Below the pieces are notes generated by a model, which had not been told where the DNA came from, did not search any database, and saw nothing but the letters and a program-made list of their open reading frames with translations. A stretch of 64,000 bases of DNA, taken from the NCBI RefSeq assembly GCF_006345805.1, contig NC_043002.1, forward strand, positions 14,260,001 through 14,324,000, in the 5' to 3' direction. Numbering within the stretch: the first letter of the stretch is position 1; each line of letters starts with the position of its first letter. Both the position numbers and the translations under genes were made by a program. The DNA is from Octopus sinensis (Eukaryota). This document shows, piece after piece, positions 1-13,319 of the stretch.

Positions 1-840
1 TAATCGAGGTCTGCAGCGATGTGGGACCATGTGTTGAACCCGACTACTAGCAGATCTTAACTTTTCAAATCTCTGCGCAGACGCAAAACTTACACGGCAG
101 TATAGGGCATGCCGGGAAGAATTTTACGAATAAATCCATCATGTAATATGCGAATATAAACAAGAAGGGTAGTAATATTATTTACTACCAGGTGCCCAGC
201 ACAAAAGACGAATTAGTCATAAGACAAAAATATTATTCATATAGAAAAATATTATTCATGTAGCTTTCTATATATCTATCTATTTGTTTGTGTGTATATG
301 TGTATATGTATGTCTGTGTGCGTGCGCGCGTACTTCCGTGAGTGTATGCGTGTGTATGTGTGTCTATTTGTGTTTATGTGTATGTGTATGTGTATGTGTA
401 TTTGGTGTGTGTGTGTGTGTGTGTTAGAGACACTGTATATAGACGTTACGATATACGTTTCGAAACAATTTCCATTGAAAAATACGTTATCCAATTTGAA
501 GATATGCAATGAAATCCATGCAAAATAGCAGGCATTTGTAATTGTTCTCTAGACAACTGTTTATGTTACAATCAAACTTATTAGTAAATTGAAAATGACA
601 TTTCGTTCCGTTCTTCTGTTATTTATCAACATTGCCTCGTAACCAATCATCTCTAAGTAATATTATTGTTTTGCGCCAGCTGTTGGACACTTTCCTGACA
701 TTATGCTCCAGATTAGCTCGGCTGGATACTTGCGAACGACACATATTTATCTAAGCCATATATCTATACGTTCCTGTGTGTGGGATGTACGAATCTCTTG
801 GTTTGCATTTGAGTGCATTTGAGCGTTTCAATTCGTGTGA

Positions 841-1005
841 ATGCATATGATTTTGCGAGTGAGTCTTTGCATATGTAGTACCCCCATATATGCATTCATA
901 CATACACGTATACGTACAAATATACATATATTATACATTACATATATATGTATATATATATATATATATACTCATATATGTTACGTTATATTATGCATAT
1001 ATATG

Positions 1006-1038
<33 letters not shown>

Positions 1039-1104
1039 GTATATATATACATACGTGTAGATTTATGTACCTATACATATGTATATATGCATATATATTA
1101 TATA

Positions 1105-1137
<33 letters not shown>

Positions 1138-1390
1138 CTCACATATATATTACATTATTTTATACAAACATATATTTATGTATATACATACACACATATA
1201 TATATCTATGTGTGTGTGTGTGTGCATACATATATTACATTATATCATACACGTAAATTTATATATATTTTTATATACATGCATTCATACATACGTATAC
1301 ATATATATGTATCCACGATCGCTCTCACACACACACACACTCACGCACACACACACACGGGCACGCATACAAGCACATATATACATATAG
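841..1390. repeat. Compound (TA)n/(CA)n low-complexity tract
   Basis: Dinucleotide runs throughout; the YI/HT-rich ORFs here are read-through of the repeat. Confidence 0.9.
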
Positions 1391-1689
1391 TAAATAGAAA
1401 GTAAGCTTATCACCATGGCGACGCATCACATCATTTACCATGTATAGCATGAAGTGTGACATATGGATGGTAAAATTTAATTCAGAAATGGCGTCAACGG
1501 TGAAAACAAGTGATTTCATAAATGCAAGTTATTAAATAATGTAATATGTCCCCTTTGAAATTACAAAACTGAATATTTTCACATGATCAATGACACAGCA
1601 TGGACATTAAAATTGCGGCTAACGTTATCTACGAAAACTCATTTACACTCTTGTGGTTTTACATTGTTAGGTATAATTACACAATCGGA

Positions 1690-1857
1690 CGGTATCCCAC
1701 AGAAGCTGCTCCGCCTCATACAAGGCTACTACCGATCGACTCGAGCACGCGTCAGGGTCTATGGTGAGCAGGCGTTCTCAACACCACGCTCCGGGACTAC
1801 CGGGGCGTAGAGGAGAGGAGTCGCGGTTACGGACCTGGTCTACGCGGACGACATCGT
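1690..1857 (+). mobile_element. RTE-type non-LTR retrotransposon RT fragment, left part
   Basis: Translates GIPQKLLRLIQGYYRSTRARVRVYGE...AVTDLVYADDIV; catalytic YADD at 1841-1852; stops at (TA)11. Confidence 0.8.
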
Positions 1858-1906
1858 ATATATATATATATATATATACGAGAAAGAAGCAACAAGAATG
1901 GATTAG

Positions 1907-1999
1907 TTTTTAGTACAATTGTTTCATACAAAGACAGGCTTTATTAAAAGTTGCAAATATTGCAGCAGATAAAGGTGTCCCGTACTCATCAGCTAAAAC
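1907..1999 (-). ncRNA. Mirror copy of the minimal Type I hammerhead
   Basis: Reverse complement of 2685-2777; one substitution at the distal end of helix I. Confidence 0.83.
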
Positions 2000-2684
2000 A
2001 CATATGAGTTCTCCAAACATCTAGTGGGTGAGGCTACACTCATGAAGTATTGGAGATAATTTCATTAAAAGCAGATTTAGGTTGTAAACAGACTTCCGAA
2101 GTTCTTTAATGATGATGCAGTCTCATCACAGGTTTTTAAAAAAAGCTTATTAGCTTCACAGAGTTGAATTAATCCGTAGTGTAGATGTAAAATTCCAGAT
2201 ATATGAGGAAGAATTTCATACTCACAGACGATGAATTTATCCATGGTTAATCCACAATGAGGTGGGTATAATTTCATGCTATATGATAAGGTATTTGTCA
2301 CATTACTGTTCTCTTCACAAGACTGCTATGTTATGATTAGGAAATCATAACATAGCAGTCTTGTGAAGAGAACAGTAATGTGACAAATACCTTATCATAT
2401 AGCATGAAATTATACCCACCTCATTGTGGATTAACCATGGATAAATTCATCGTCTGTGAGTATGAAATTCTTCCTCATATCTCTGGAATTTTACATCTAC
2501 ACTACGGATTAATTCAACTCTGTGAAGCTAATAAGCTTTTTTTAAAAACCTGTGATGAGACTGTGCATCATCATTAAAGAACTTCGGAAGTCTGTTTACA
2601 ACCTAAATCTGCTTTTAATGAAATTATCTCCAATACTTCATGAGTGTAGCCTCACCCACTAAGATGTTTGGAGAACTCATATGT

Positions 2685-2777
2685 GTTTTAGCTGATGAGT
2701 ACGGGACACCTTTATCTGCTGCAATATTTGCAACTTTTAATAAAGCCTGTCTTTGTATGAAACAATTGTACTAAAAC
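2685..2777 (+). ncRNA. Minimal Type I hammerhead ribozyme with extended helix II
   Basis: Helix I GTTTTAG/CTAAAAC; CTGATGA 2692-2698; helix II GTACGG-GACA...TGTC-T-TTGTAT extended by CTTTAT/ATAAAG and TGCAA/TTGCA; GAAA 2759-2762; helix III C[AATT]G; GUA triplet, predicted cut after 2770. Confidence 0.85.
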
Positions 2778-2942
2778 CTAATCCATTCTTGTTGCTTCTT
2801 TCTCGTTTATAATCACTCCACATTACTGTACGGTTAACACCATATAGTTCTCTGGTGCATCTAAGTTAAGTACCGCATTCAAGTAACTTCATTAGAATTG
2901 ACTTGAATCTTAATTGCTTTTATTTTATATATATATATATAT

Positions 2943-3637
2943 GGAAGCAGGGAGGATGTTCAAGGGGCTCTCGAAGGGGTTCAAATGGCAGCAGCCGCGG
3001 TTGGTCTCCGAATCACTGCCGCCAAGTCGAAGGTGATGAGGGCGTTGGTTCCGACTGACTTCTGGCAGCCAATATCTCTCGCGGGCGAGGAACTGGAGGA
3101 TGTGGAGTCTTTTGTCTACTTGGGCTCAACGGTGATCCCAAACGGTCAGGGTGCAGCTGAGGTCGATCATCGCATCAATGCTGCTCGATCTGCCTTTGGA
3201 CGCCTAAAGCGGTGTCTGTGGGACTGAAGGGAGATCTCATTGGTGACCAAAGGGCGACTATATCAGTACTTCTCTATGGCTGTGAAACGTTGCCTATGCT
3301 GGTGGTCGATCAACGGAGGCTGGAAGTCTTCGACAATGACTGCCTCCGGTGCATTCTTCGCTGCCGTCGGGTGGATCGAGTTTCCGCCGCCAATCTGCGA
3401 CTTCGCCTGTCTCTGAGGCCCCTTCCATCTGTCCTTCTGCAACGGTGCTTGCGGTGGTTTGGCCATGCATGTAGGCGTCCGATGTGTGAATTGAGCCGTG
3501 ATTTCCTTCTCCCACCTCCACTTCCCAACTGGCGGAAATGCGCGGGCGGGCAGCTGAAGACCTGGGTTACGACGATCAAGGAGGACCTCACTGTGCTCAC
3601 GGGACCGCAGGTGGTCGGCCTGCGCCGATGGAACCGT
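2943..3637 (+). mobile_element. RTE-type RT fragment, right part (continues directly after YADDIV)
   Basis: GSREDVQGALEGVQMAAAAVGLRITAAKSKVM...VESFVYLGS...INAARSAFGRL...LLYGCET...RWFGH: post-YADD RT region of RTE-clade LINEs, with stops and frameshifts. Confidence 0.85.
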
Positions 3638-4117
3638 ACACATATAAAAACATGTACGTATATATATATATATATTTATAGGTGTACGTGTATATGAAGG
3701 ATAATGGGTGTACGTATGTGTTTGTGTGCGTGTCGCCGCCCTTGGCCATTTTGCACATACATGACAACACCTCTCTCTCTGTCTCTCTTAGTGAATCATT
3801 CAAACTCACTAGAAAAAATGCGAGAAAAAGTACATAAATAAAAAAGAATTATGCTATCACTCTCTCCCTTTCTCTCTCTCATACAGCGCAAGACATACCT
3901 TTTCTCTCTCTCTTTCTTTCTCTCTCTCTCTGACAACTCACCTCTATTTCTCTCTCAGTCAAACGCACACTAAAAATGATGCGAGAAAAAGTAATTAAAA
4001 TTTACGCTATCAATCTCTCTGACAACACACGCACCTCTCTCTCTCACTCAATCACTCATACAATCACTAAAAAAAGATGCGGAAAAATATGAAAAAGATG
4101 TACGTTGTCATTCTCTT

Positions 4118-4153
<36 letters not shown>

Positions 4154-5827
4154 ACATACACACACACACACATACACACTCATAACACACACACAACAAC
4201 AACACACACCATCTCTTTCTCTCTCACACACACTCAGCACACACTTTAAAGTTATCATTCAAGTTTCAATAAGGTAAAATCTTAAATTAGTAATTGACAC
4301 ATTATCTATTAGTATAATAGCAGAGCCTGAAAAAAAAAACGTGAATTACATTAAAAAATGCAAGCAAGAGAGATAAAATTCTTAAGGTTATACACCTGGA
4401 AAAGTACATGACAGGTTATTTTCCACGTGTAATAGCTTGTGCTGTACTTTTCCAGGTTTAAAATCCTAAGAATATTATTTCTCTCGCTCGCATTTTTCCA
4501 TGTAATAAATACATCGCTATTAAATATATTTGCTCCTTTACTTTCTGTAAAGTAATGCTATACGTTCAAATCTGTATCTTGTTCAGAATTCATAATAAGT
4601 TATTTGCTCCAAACTATCGAGTCATAATATTCTGATCCAAAACTATTTCAAGGCGAGGAAGACTGAACTATAGAATTCAATTAAATCTAGATGATAAAAT
4701 AAAGGAAATAAAGCAGTACCAGTCATTAAAAGTTTTAAGAGTAGGTGAAAGGGATAGGAATAATCACAAAAAGAAAGGAGTGAATTAGAAAATGCTACAA
4801 AAGAAAAACACGATTAATATTAAAAGTGATCTTAATGCTTAGAATAATGACTGAGTTATCGCATTGATATGATACACTATTACTTTAACATAGTGAATTG
4901 GGAGTTAATTGAATTGAAGAGCTTAAATAGAATAATTGCAAGACAGAGACATTGAACTAAATCCACAGTATTAAAGCCGATATTGCTAACATGTGCCTGC
5001 GCTGCGCGAAATTCATGCTGGTGACTAATAAAGAACTATTGGAAAGAAATATTAGTGTGAATAGAAAAATCCCAAGAAGCAAGAAAAGCGTAATAGATTA
5101 ACATGATAGAAACAAAATATAAAAAATATACACATTCAATTTATATAAAAATAACAATATATTGCAACTTTGAACACGTGGTTGAACATGCACAAAAGCT
5201 GTAAAATGACAGAAAATGCGAGAATCATATAAACAGTAAAAACAAAAAAACTAAGGTATCTTCACATCACAATCGCGATGTTATATGAACAAAATAAAAA
5301 TGAGAAAAATCCTCCATGGCGAATAACATGCAAAACTCGACAGGAGGGAACAAAAGAGAATGAAGGTCACAAATTTAGAGCTGTTACTGAAATAAAAATA
5401 CAAAAATAGATCTAATTTTTGCTGTATTGAGCCAATCGCTAGAGAGAAAGCCCTAAGAATATAGTGAAATGAGGCGTCCAAATCAATTGCAGAATCTGCC
5501 ATCTATACAAAGATTCTATAAAATGATGTAACTGGCCACACCAGTTCTTCCTGTGCAGTCAATGAAAAACCAGAGTATATCCAGGAGTATAATTGTGTTA
5601 ACAGCCCCGACCATTGGTTATAAATCTGATTATATGGTTTGAAATCTGAAATAGGACTTTAGCATCCATTGAAAAGCTGTATTCTAGTGCTCTAACTATA
5701 GCAGGGGATGTCAAGCTTATCCTGACTAAAAATGCTTTTGCCGAACTATTTCAATAAAGTTGTAATTACTGGAGGTGGGGGAGCGGGGAAATGCCTGTAC
5801 CTTTGCCAAAATCGTAATATATATATA

Positions 5828-6393
5828 TTGGGTTGTCCGGAAAGTTCATGCCGATTTTTAAAGGAAAGAAAAAGGTCAATAAATATTTGCCATTACAGTT
5901 TTAATCAACCAAATATGAACCATTCTGTTGCACAATGCGGCTCCATTTTTCCTTTAACATCAAAATACCCTCTTCCCAGAATTGTGGTGGTCCCATGGCA
6001 AAGAATTCTTCAAGGTATCTTTTTACGTCATCCAAGGAATTTAAATTTTTACCATTAAGACTATTCTGCAGAAACCTGAATAAGTGGAAATCCAAAGGAG
6101 CAATATCTGGTGAATATGGAGGGTGGGGTAACACATCCCAGCCGAGCTGCAGTAATTTTTGTCTGGTTCCTAAAGCATCGAGTGTCGAAATTGAACTTTC
6201 TTATCTTTCATTTTAAAGGGTTACAGAAATTACAAAGGTTATAGGAACGTAAACCTTCTTCCACGAAAAGATAGTTTAAACTTTGCTCTAAATGGAGGTG
6301 TAGTCAAATCTTATTTTTTGGACTCAATCATGTTCTAAAATAAGTCGAAATGTAAGCTACTATAAATCGGCACGAACTTGCCGGACAACCCAA
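5828..6393 (-). mobile_element. Internally deleted mariner element
   Basis: TIR TTGGGTTGTCCGGAAAGTTC at 5828 with its inverted copy ending 6393; TA on the left; minus-strand LPHPPYSPDIAPLDFHLF (mariner YSPDL motif). Confidence 0.9.
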
Positions 6394-6945
6394 ATTCTTA
6401 AACACTTGATGGCAATGTTGATATTGTTACTGTTGTTGTAGTTACTTTCGCTCTGGTTTTATTCATGTTGCAGCGTTTGATACTGTCTCTGTTGGACTCC
6501 CGTCTTGCTGCAGTAATTTATTCAGCAACAGTGGGTCTTTCTTTCCCTATTCTGCTTTTATTATGTGGTGCCCAGTTGACGGATTGATCAACATCTCAGC
6601 ATTCTTCTTTTTAGAATTACACACAACTCGAAACCATTCAGTTGGGAAACAAGGTCTAGAATCGTTCCCAGGTGTTCAGGTATTATATGGAGAAAAACTT
6701 TTAAGTCAGTTCAACTTTTTTCCGTTAACATCTAAAAGTAATTTACTTTTTGCGATACTCTGCATGCAAAACATCTACCCGAAATCTGTCTTTGGTAGAA
6801 GCACCATTATTACTAGCAGCGTGATCCCGTTTGGTCCGATTGTCTTCTTGGGAAAGACTGTAGAACTCATCGGTTGCTGTTGCTTCTGCCTCTGCTGTTG
6901 TGTGCTTGTAATGAAGTTGTTGCATGTATTGATGTTGCTGCTTTT

Positions 6946-7289
6946 GTTTGTTTGTTAAGCGAAGCGGTCTTCGTTCTAGTGGGAGAAGTCCGAAACGTGG
7001 TCCTTTGCTATTCGTAAGACGCGCAGAAGAGAAAGCAGGTCAACCCCGACACCGAGACGGATGGATGAATGCGCATCCAGGCTCAGCGGTTGCGTAGGAA
7101 GTCGGGGACAAGAAACAGGAAGAAAGAATGAGAGAAAGTTGGAGCGAAAGAGTGCAACGGGGGTCGCCACAACACCCTGCCGGAGCCTCGGGGAGCTTTA
7201 GGTGTTTTCGCTCAATAAACACACACAACGCCCGGTCTGGGAATCGAAACCGCGAAACTACGACAGCGAGTCCGCTGCCCTAACCATTG
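6946..7289 (-). mobile_element. tRNA-derived SINE (5'-truncated head), (AAAC)n tail
   Basis: Minus strand TGGTTAGGGCAGCGGACT...GGTTTCGATTCCC (A/B-box-like); core shared with 25648-25943. Confidence 0.75.
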
Positions 7290-8883
7290 ATGTTGCTGCT
7301 TCTGTTGCTGCTTTTAACTCTGCTTCTCCTAATGTTGCTGCTGATGTTGTTCCCGCCACTGCCTTTATTTCCACTAAATGGCAGCCTATGTGTATTTTGC
7401 TGTGTTTTGTGTTTAGGTTGTTGTAGTTATTGTTGTTATTGCTGCTGTCGTTTCCCGCTACAGCAATTTTTAGATATTTTGATGTTAGAAGTTTCAAAAT
7501 TTTAAAACCGCTTTCTTCTCATTACACAGTGAGTGGTGAGCTTTGAAAAATACTCTACAAGTCATCGGGAATCATCTACTGGCTCACAATGTAGATTACT
7601 GGATGTGAAAACTGACGCCATGTTTGTAGAACTGATTTTCAATACAAACTTTGAAATTTTTACCAAAATATTTGCAACCCAAAAGGGTAGGGAACGAAAA
7701 GACCAACCAGTTCACATCCTTTTAGTGTTTCATTTAAGAGAAAATGACATGTAGCAAAAGTTTAGAAATTTGCAATTCTAAGTAAATAAATATATATTAA
7801 AAAAAGTAAACAACATCACGCGCCATCCGATAGACATCTTGCCGATACAAACATGAAAATAATAAAAGGGACAGCAACAACAACAATCTCAACAAGATCA
7901 AGAACGATATCAAACACGATCAAAAGAACAAGACAAACGATTTGTGGAATATTAATTGTCGATCGAATCCAACTAGATTTTTAGCTCCTCTATTTCAATG
8001 CCTTCTGGAAGGATGATACCGAAAATTTTCAAAGAGATAAACTAATAAAAGCTATCCAACATTATCATAATTAGCACTCGATGTGTCTCTGAACCAGTCT
8101 TTCATCACCAAGGCTATGCTTAAAAAAAGTTCTGGTGCACATTTAAAAAGATACAGGTTAATATAATACGAAACAGGAGAATAAACAGGATAAGTAATGA
8201 GAAGTTTATAAGATAATCTATAATGACTATAGGAAATCAATTGTTAATAGTATTATAATATTCACCACAGAGAGCAATCACTAAAACAATAAAAGCTATG
8301 ATTGATCTTGATTATTGAGAGAGCATAAAACATTCAAAATTTATTTTCTCCAACGCAGCTGTGAACGCAGTATCACTTGTATAATGTGGAGAATATACAT
8401 CAGTGTTGCTCAAACGACCTTCACACCAAATTCAAAATTCCACGAAAGCTGGGTCTTGTGCTATACACCTCCTGCAAAATTCAGGCTCACAACCCATAAG
8501 CGCACTAAGACGCCATTACTTTTATTTAACGAACCCTTCTGTATCAACTATTATCAAAGACGAAAAAAGATTCCAACAGCTTGAAATGATATATATCCAA
8601 ATTTCTTCAAGGGATACCGCACAAGCGAGCTGTACATCGATAATCTCAATGAGCAACAACGCAGTATTTAAATGCACCACACAAGACTTGATTTAATCGC
8701 GACATAACAGATTCTACCAGTGGTGACATTAAGTTAGAAATAGCTTGTGGCAATTTCGGGCCGAAGTATTGATTTCTGTTCCGAGGTGAAAACTTGATCT
8801 CTTTTCGATCCAGATATATCATGAAGAGTTTTGGAATGGTAGTCACTCGAATTTACTTTCCTCGTGGGAACATGGAAAATATT

Positions 8884-8884
<1 letters not shown>

Positions 8885-8915
<31 letters not shown>

Positions 8916-8953
8916 TGTATGTATGTATGTATGTATGTATGTATGTATGTATG
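8885..8953. repeat. (ATGT)n microsatellite
   Basis: About 17 perfect tetranucleotide units. Confidence 0.95.
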
Positions 8954-8955
8954 TT

Positions 8956-9290
8956 CGTTGTGTCAGGTGACTTTCGAGTGCTACTGGTAACATGTAACCC
9001 AGTACAACCTGTTGGATGGTCGGGTCGTCGGCGACTAAACCGGCAACCCCACTAAGCTTGCTTGGTGAGGAGGGTGTTTATTGGACATCCTGCGGGATGA
9101 AAAACTAAACCTGTCAAAAGGCGGAGGAACTCTTAAAAGTCAACGGCCATCTAATAAATGTCTTAAGGCTGTATCATACGCGGGGACATAGAAATAATCG
9201 GACTGAATACCCGAACGCGCGATTAAACCATTGGGAGTGAAGGACTCCTAGCCTTTGTTAGGGCATCCTTCTAGGATAAGGTAAATCAGG
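8956..9290 (+). mobile_element. Possible LINE 5'-UTR-like interspersed repeat fragment
   Basis: GC-richer, CpG-containing block next to a microsatellite; resemblance to LINE 5' regions is from recollection only. Confidence 0.3.
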
Positions 9291-10998
9291 TACATGGGAT
9301 AACTCGTTTGTCTGTCCTTGTTTGTCCTCTCTATGTTTAGCCCCTTGTTTAGTAAAGAAATAGGTACATGGGATAACTTCGAAATAAAACCTGCGGCTCA
9401 GTGGTTACCGATGTTGTTGACTTGTTCTTCTTTTCGGATTATGACTGCTGTTGCTTAGTGAGTGGGATTGACTCATTGCACATCCATTCCTCACTTTGAA
9501 AAAGAATCTTCTTGCACAGGCATTGCACGACAACAACATTGATTAAGCTTCGTGCAATGGCCATACTCGATAACGAGGGGGTAGCCACCATGTATTTACG
9601 TACGTATGTTTCAAAATTGTCATGAGATTAATTTTACACACAGATTAGCATTAGAATCGGTAGAATTCTGGAATTGACAAATGCCTAGAGAAAAGTCAGG
9701 AGACATTCCGAAAAGAATTTATTATACTCGAAGTATTATGTTTAGTATTAGAAAACTACTACTTCTGTTTTGATAATCAATATTACTAAAAATAGGCATT
9801 GGATTCCTCGAATAAAAAAATCTGTCTGGAATTAATTTTGATCAATATTTCCCGTCCTCTGTAATAAAACACTGGAAAACATTAATGGATGATTATGACA
9901 TAGTATTAAACAAAAGTAAGGAAGACATTACAAGACTCTTTAAATTAATAAATAGGTTTCGTAAATTGTTCTGTTTCATTATGGAAATGAATGAACGAGA
10001 ATTTCTTTTCTGGACAGTCTGTAAAAGAAAATGAGAATCGTAACCAATCTTTATTGCAAGGACACAGCCATATACCAGTATTCAATTTTTGACCTTCATT
10101 TCCAATCAAACCAAAAAGAACATACCATTTCATATGGCAAGATATATATGTTCAGAAAGGTTATACAAACGACTAAATGTGTTGCCTTAGAAGCAAAATA
10201 TCCCCCAAAATTAAACCATGCTGTAATTAAAGCAAAATATATCCCAATTTTTGCCTTTCGCAAAAACACTAACACGGAAGCTGAAACAACAAACAAACAA
10301 TAAAAAGAAACAGATATTAATGTTCCATTAGAAATCACCCATATCCCTAGAAATCACGAAATCTTACATTTGACAACGGGGACCATTTAATAATACAGCT
10401 ATCACCGAATCTCGGACAAATAATGGAAGAATAACAAATCATAAACTGCGGACTATGACACCATATCTTAAAACACTGCTAACAACAGCAAGATTCATAG
10501 TTGAAGCAGAAAAAATGAGGGAATAAACTGAAGGGAAAACCAAATATGAAATGAGCAATATAATTCAACAAGAATAAAGAAAATGAAGCATAGGGTGGAA
10601 TTGAAGATGACTGCGAACATGAATTACAAAATAAAGTAATCTCTCATGTTTTATAACTTGCCCACAATGCAGGGTGAATTACTTCGGAGAAACAGACTCA
10701 ACATTTTCCAACCAATTTAAAATCTATTAAAAGTACTCCATGTAGCAAACATGTTGATATTAGTGCATCTCAAAAATTCAAAACGTTTCCTTTTCCCAAA
10801 GTAAAAAAAAGAAAGAAAATGATTAACTTCGAAACTCAAAGAAAAATGAGTGAATAATATACTTGCAAGAATTTTGCAAAATCTTATATAACAATAATTA
10901 CCAAAAGAAGTCACAAAATTCTTTAAAAGAGAGATTTTATGTAAAAGCAAGATTTCCTGCTATTACGGGTACTTGATTTTGGCAGTATATATCCCTAC

Positions 10999-11054
<56 letters not shown>

Positions 11055-11152
11055 ATATGTATCAGGCTAATAAAGCTTTTAGAAATGTTTACTACCTGTG
11101 GCCTAGCGTGTAGAAAAGTTAGTCAATAGATAATATATTATTCATATAAATA

Positions 11153-11441
11153 CAGTATACATTTAAACACGTAATAGGTATCCGTCATAGGATTCCTTTC
11201 ACGCTAGAAGGAACAGCTAAAGTCCAAACATTATTAGGGATATAAACTCAAAGGGAATGAAAAGTAACAACAATTACCATCTATCTGCTGGACCATGGTT
11301 TCAGAATTTTTCTACAAATAAAATAATTTTAATTGCTAAAAACGTCTTTTTATCCCTAATAGGGGTTTGGATTTTAGCTGGTCCTTCTAGCATGAAAGGA
11401 ATCCTATGACAGATACCTCGTATGTGTTTAAATGTACTCTG
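11153..11441. mobile_element. Tc1/mariner-type MITE
   Basis: Imperfect ~95-bp terminal inverted repeats (CAGTATACATTTAAACAC...CATAGGATTCCTTTCA.. / ..TGAAAGGAATCCTATG...GTGTTTAAATGTACTCTG); TA on both sides. Confidence 0.75.
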
Positions 11442-11473
11442 TATATATATATGTGTGTGTGTATGCATGCATG

Positions 11474-11519
<46 letters not shown>

Positions 11520-12373
11520 CAAACAAACATACATACATAAACATACGGACTTCTACTTGGTGGTACTTCATTACTGTCAAGTAACCGCAAACCACCACGC
11601 GGTTAGAAACATATATCCTATATTGCTCAGCATCACGAAAAATTATCCTGCTGTTGGTTGTAAAACTTGTATTTATAAATATGCTTCCTGATAAGACATA
11701 ACACATTAAGTAATATAAAGACGTCTTTATTTACATAAGAGATTTATTCATACATTCGTTTCTCTTAAGAATACGAAACTAAATGGTGAAACGCAAATAC
11801 TTATACGACAACGTACTGAGTTTGTGAAATATACTGATGCATTTTCGTCTAGATCAGTACTTTTGAGTCTAAGAATAATATAAGGAAATTGGAAAGCTAT
11901 CAAATTATGTCTGGTAAAGTTGGGACAGTATGCTGAATAAAATATGCTAAGAAAATATGTTTATAATGGTAGAATCACGACATAGACGGGATAGGAAAAA
12001 ACGAAAAAAAAAAAAAAAAAAACAGACTCTAAAAAATGTTTGAAGTGTTGTATATTTACTATCTACTGAAAACATTTGAATCTCATATCCTGCTCCTGAA
12101 ACGGCATTAATATCCGATCGGATATATCCATTACTGTGAGCATATCGTTAATGAACAAAATACACCAAAGTTATTTTAGAACTAAATCTTAAACACATGC
12201 ATGCGTTCATATTTACACATAGTGAATTTCATATATATATATATATATCTATAACAATTTAGGAATGGCCTAAACAGGCCATTCGTCCACCAGAAAGAGC
12301 AGCCAGAACTCCAACCGCCAAGTAGTGTAATTCGGAAATAAGGTGAAAATTTAAAAACATTTACCCTAATTCA

Positions 12374-12474
12374 TCTTTTATACGATGCATCGTTTCAGTG
12401 TCTTTAATGATAGACCAGCTTAATTAAATTAAATTAAGCTAGTCTACCATAGGTCACACTTCATCAGTAAAAGA
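12374..12474 (-). ncRNA. Type I hammerhead ribozyme, array copy L1
   Basis: Minus strand TCTTTTA-CTGATGA-AGTGT[extension]ACACT-GAAA-CGA[TGCA]TCG-TA-TAAAAGA. Confidence 0.92.
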
Positions 12475-12845
12475 AACCTGGGAGAGACGGACATACACGA
12501 GGCGACTGTATCAATGCCTCGGGAATGTCTGTCTTAAAATTTTCAAGACCAACGCATTCGCGCCAAACTTATCGGCAGCAAATATAAACTGCCGATTCCA
12601 TCTCAGATTAGTCAGAAAATTATCAATTAATCAATTTAGGGTAGCAAAAAATTCAGTAAAAATTATCGTTACCAGCGGCCTAGTGGAAAAGAGAAAATAG
12701 TCAAAGACTAAATATGTATAAATATAACAATTTAGGAATGGCCTAAACAGGCCATTCGTCCACCAGAAAGAGCAGCCAGAACTCCACCGCCAAGTAGTGT
12801 AATTCGGAAATAAGGTGAAAATTTAAAAACATTTACCCTAATTCA

Positions 12846-12945
12846 TCTTTTATACGATGCATCGTTTCAGTGTCTTTAATGATAGACCAGCTTAATAAAT
12901 TAAATTAAGCTAGTCTACCATAGGTCACACTTCATCAGTAAAAGA
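12846..12945 (-). ncRNA. Type I hammerhead, copy L2
   Basis: As L1; 1-nt deletion near the distal helix II loop. Confidence 0.9.
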
Positions 12946-13319
12946 AACCTGGGAGAGACGGACATACACGAGGCGACTGTATCAATGCCTCGGGAATGTC
13001 TGTCTTAAAATTTTCAAGACCAACGCATTCGCGCCAAACCTATCGGCAGCAAATATAAACTGCCGATTCCATCTCAGAATTAGTCAGAAAATTATCAATT
13101 AATCAATTTAGGGTAGCAAAAAATTCAGTAAAAATTTATCGTTACCAGCGGCCTAGTGGAAAAGAGAAAATAGTCAAAGACTAAATATGTATAAATATAA
13201 CAATTTAGGAATGGCCTAAACAGGCCATTCGTCCACCAGAAAGAGCAGCCAGAACTCCAACCGCCAAGTAGTGTAATTCGGAAATAAGGTGAAAATTTAA
13301 AAACATTTACCCTAATTCA

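Larger units (their letters stand above)
1879..2925. mobile_element. Fold-back (palindromic) hammerhead-containing insert between (TA)n tracts
   Basis: Arms 1879-2338 and 2343-2805 are reverse complements (a few substitutions and small indels), with a 4-nt spacer AGGA. The right arm has a further 120 nt. (TA)n at 1857-1878 and 2926-2941. Confidence 0.85.

Noticed and set aside
2077-2577. Mirror ORFs MTNTLSYSMKLYPPH... on both strands
   Set aside because: A by-product of the palindrome; no recognisable motif.
8315-8880. GC-normal block with several 60-100 aa ORFs and a good acceptor (TTTTCTCCAACGCAG)
   Set aside because: No recognisable domain in any frame and stops in all frames; cannot support an exon call.
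8960-9090. Possible HDV-like ribozyme in a LINE-like 5' region
   Set aside because: I could not assemble a consistent P1/P2/P3 double pseudoknot by eye; needs an RNArobo/Infernal search.
9800-10900. A-rich region reminiscent of a decayed LINE C-terminus
   Set aside because: No diagnostic motif recovered.
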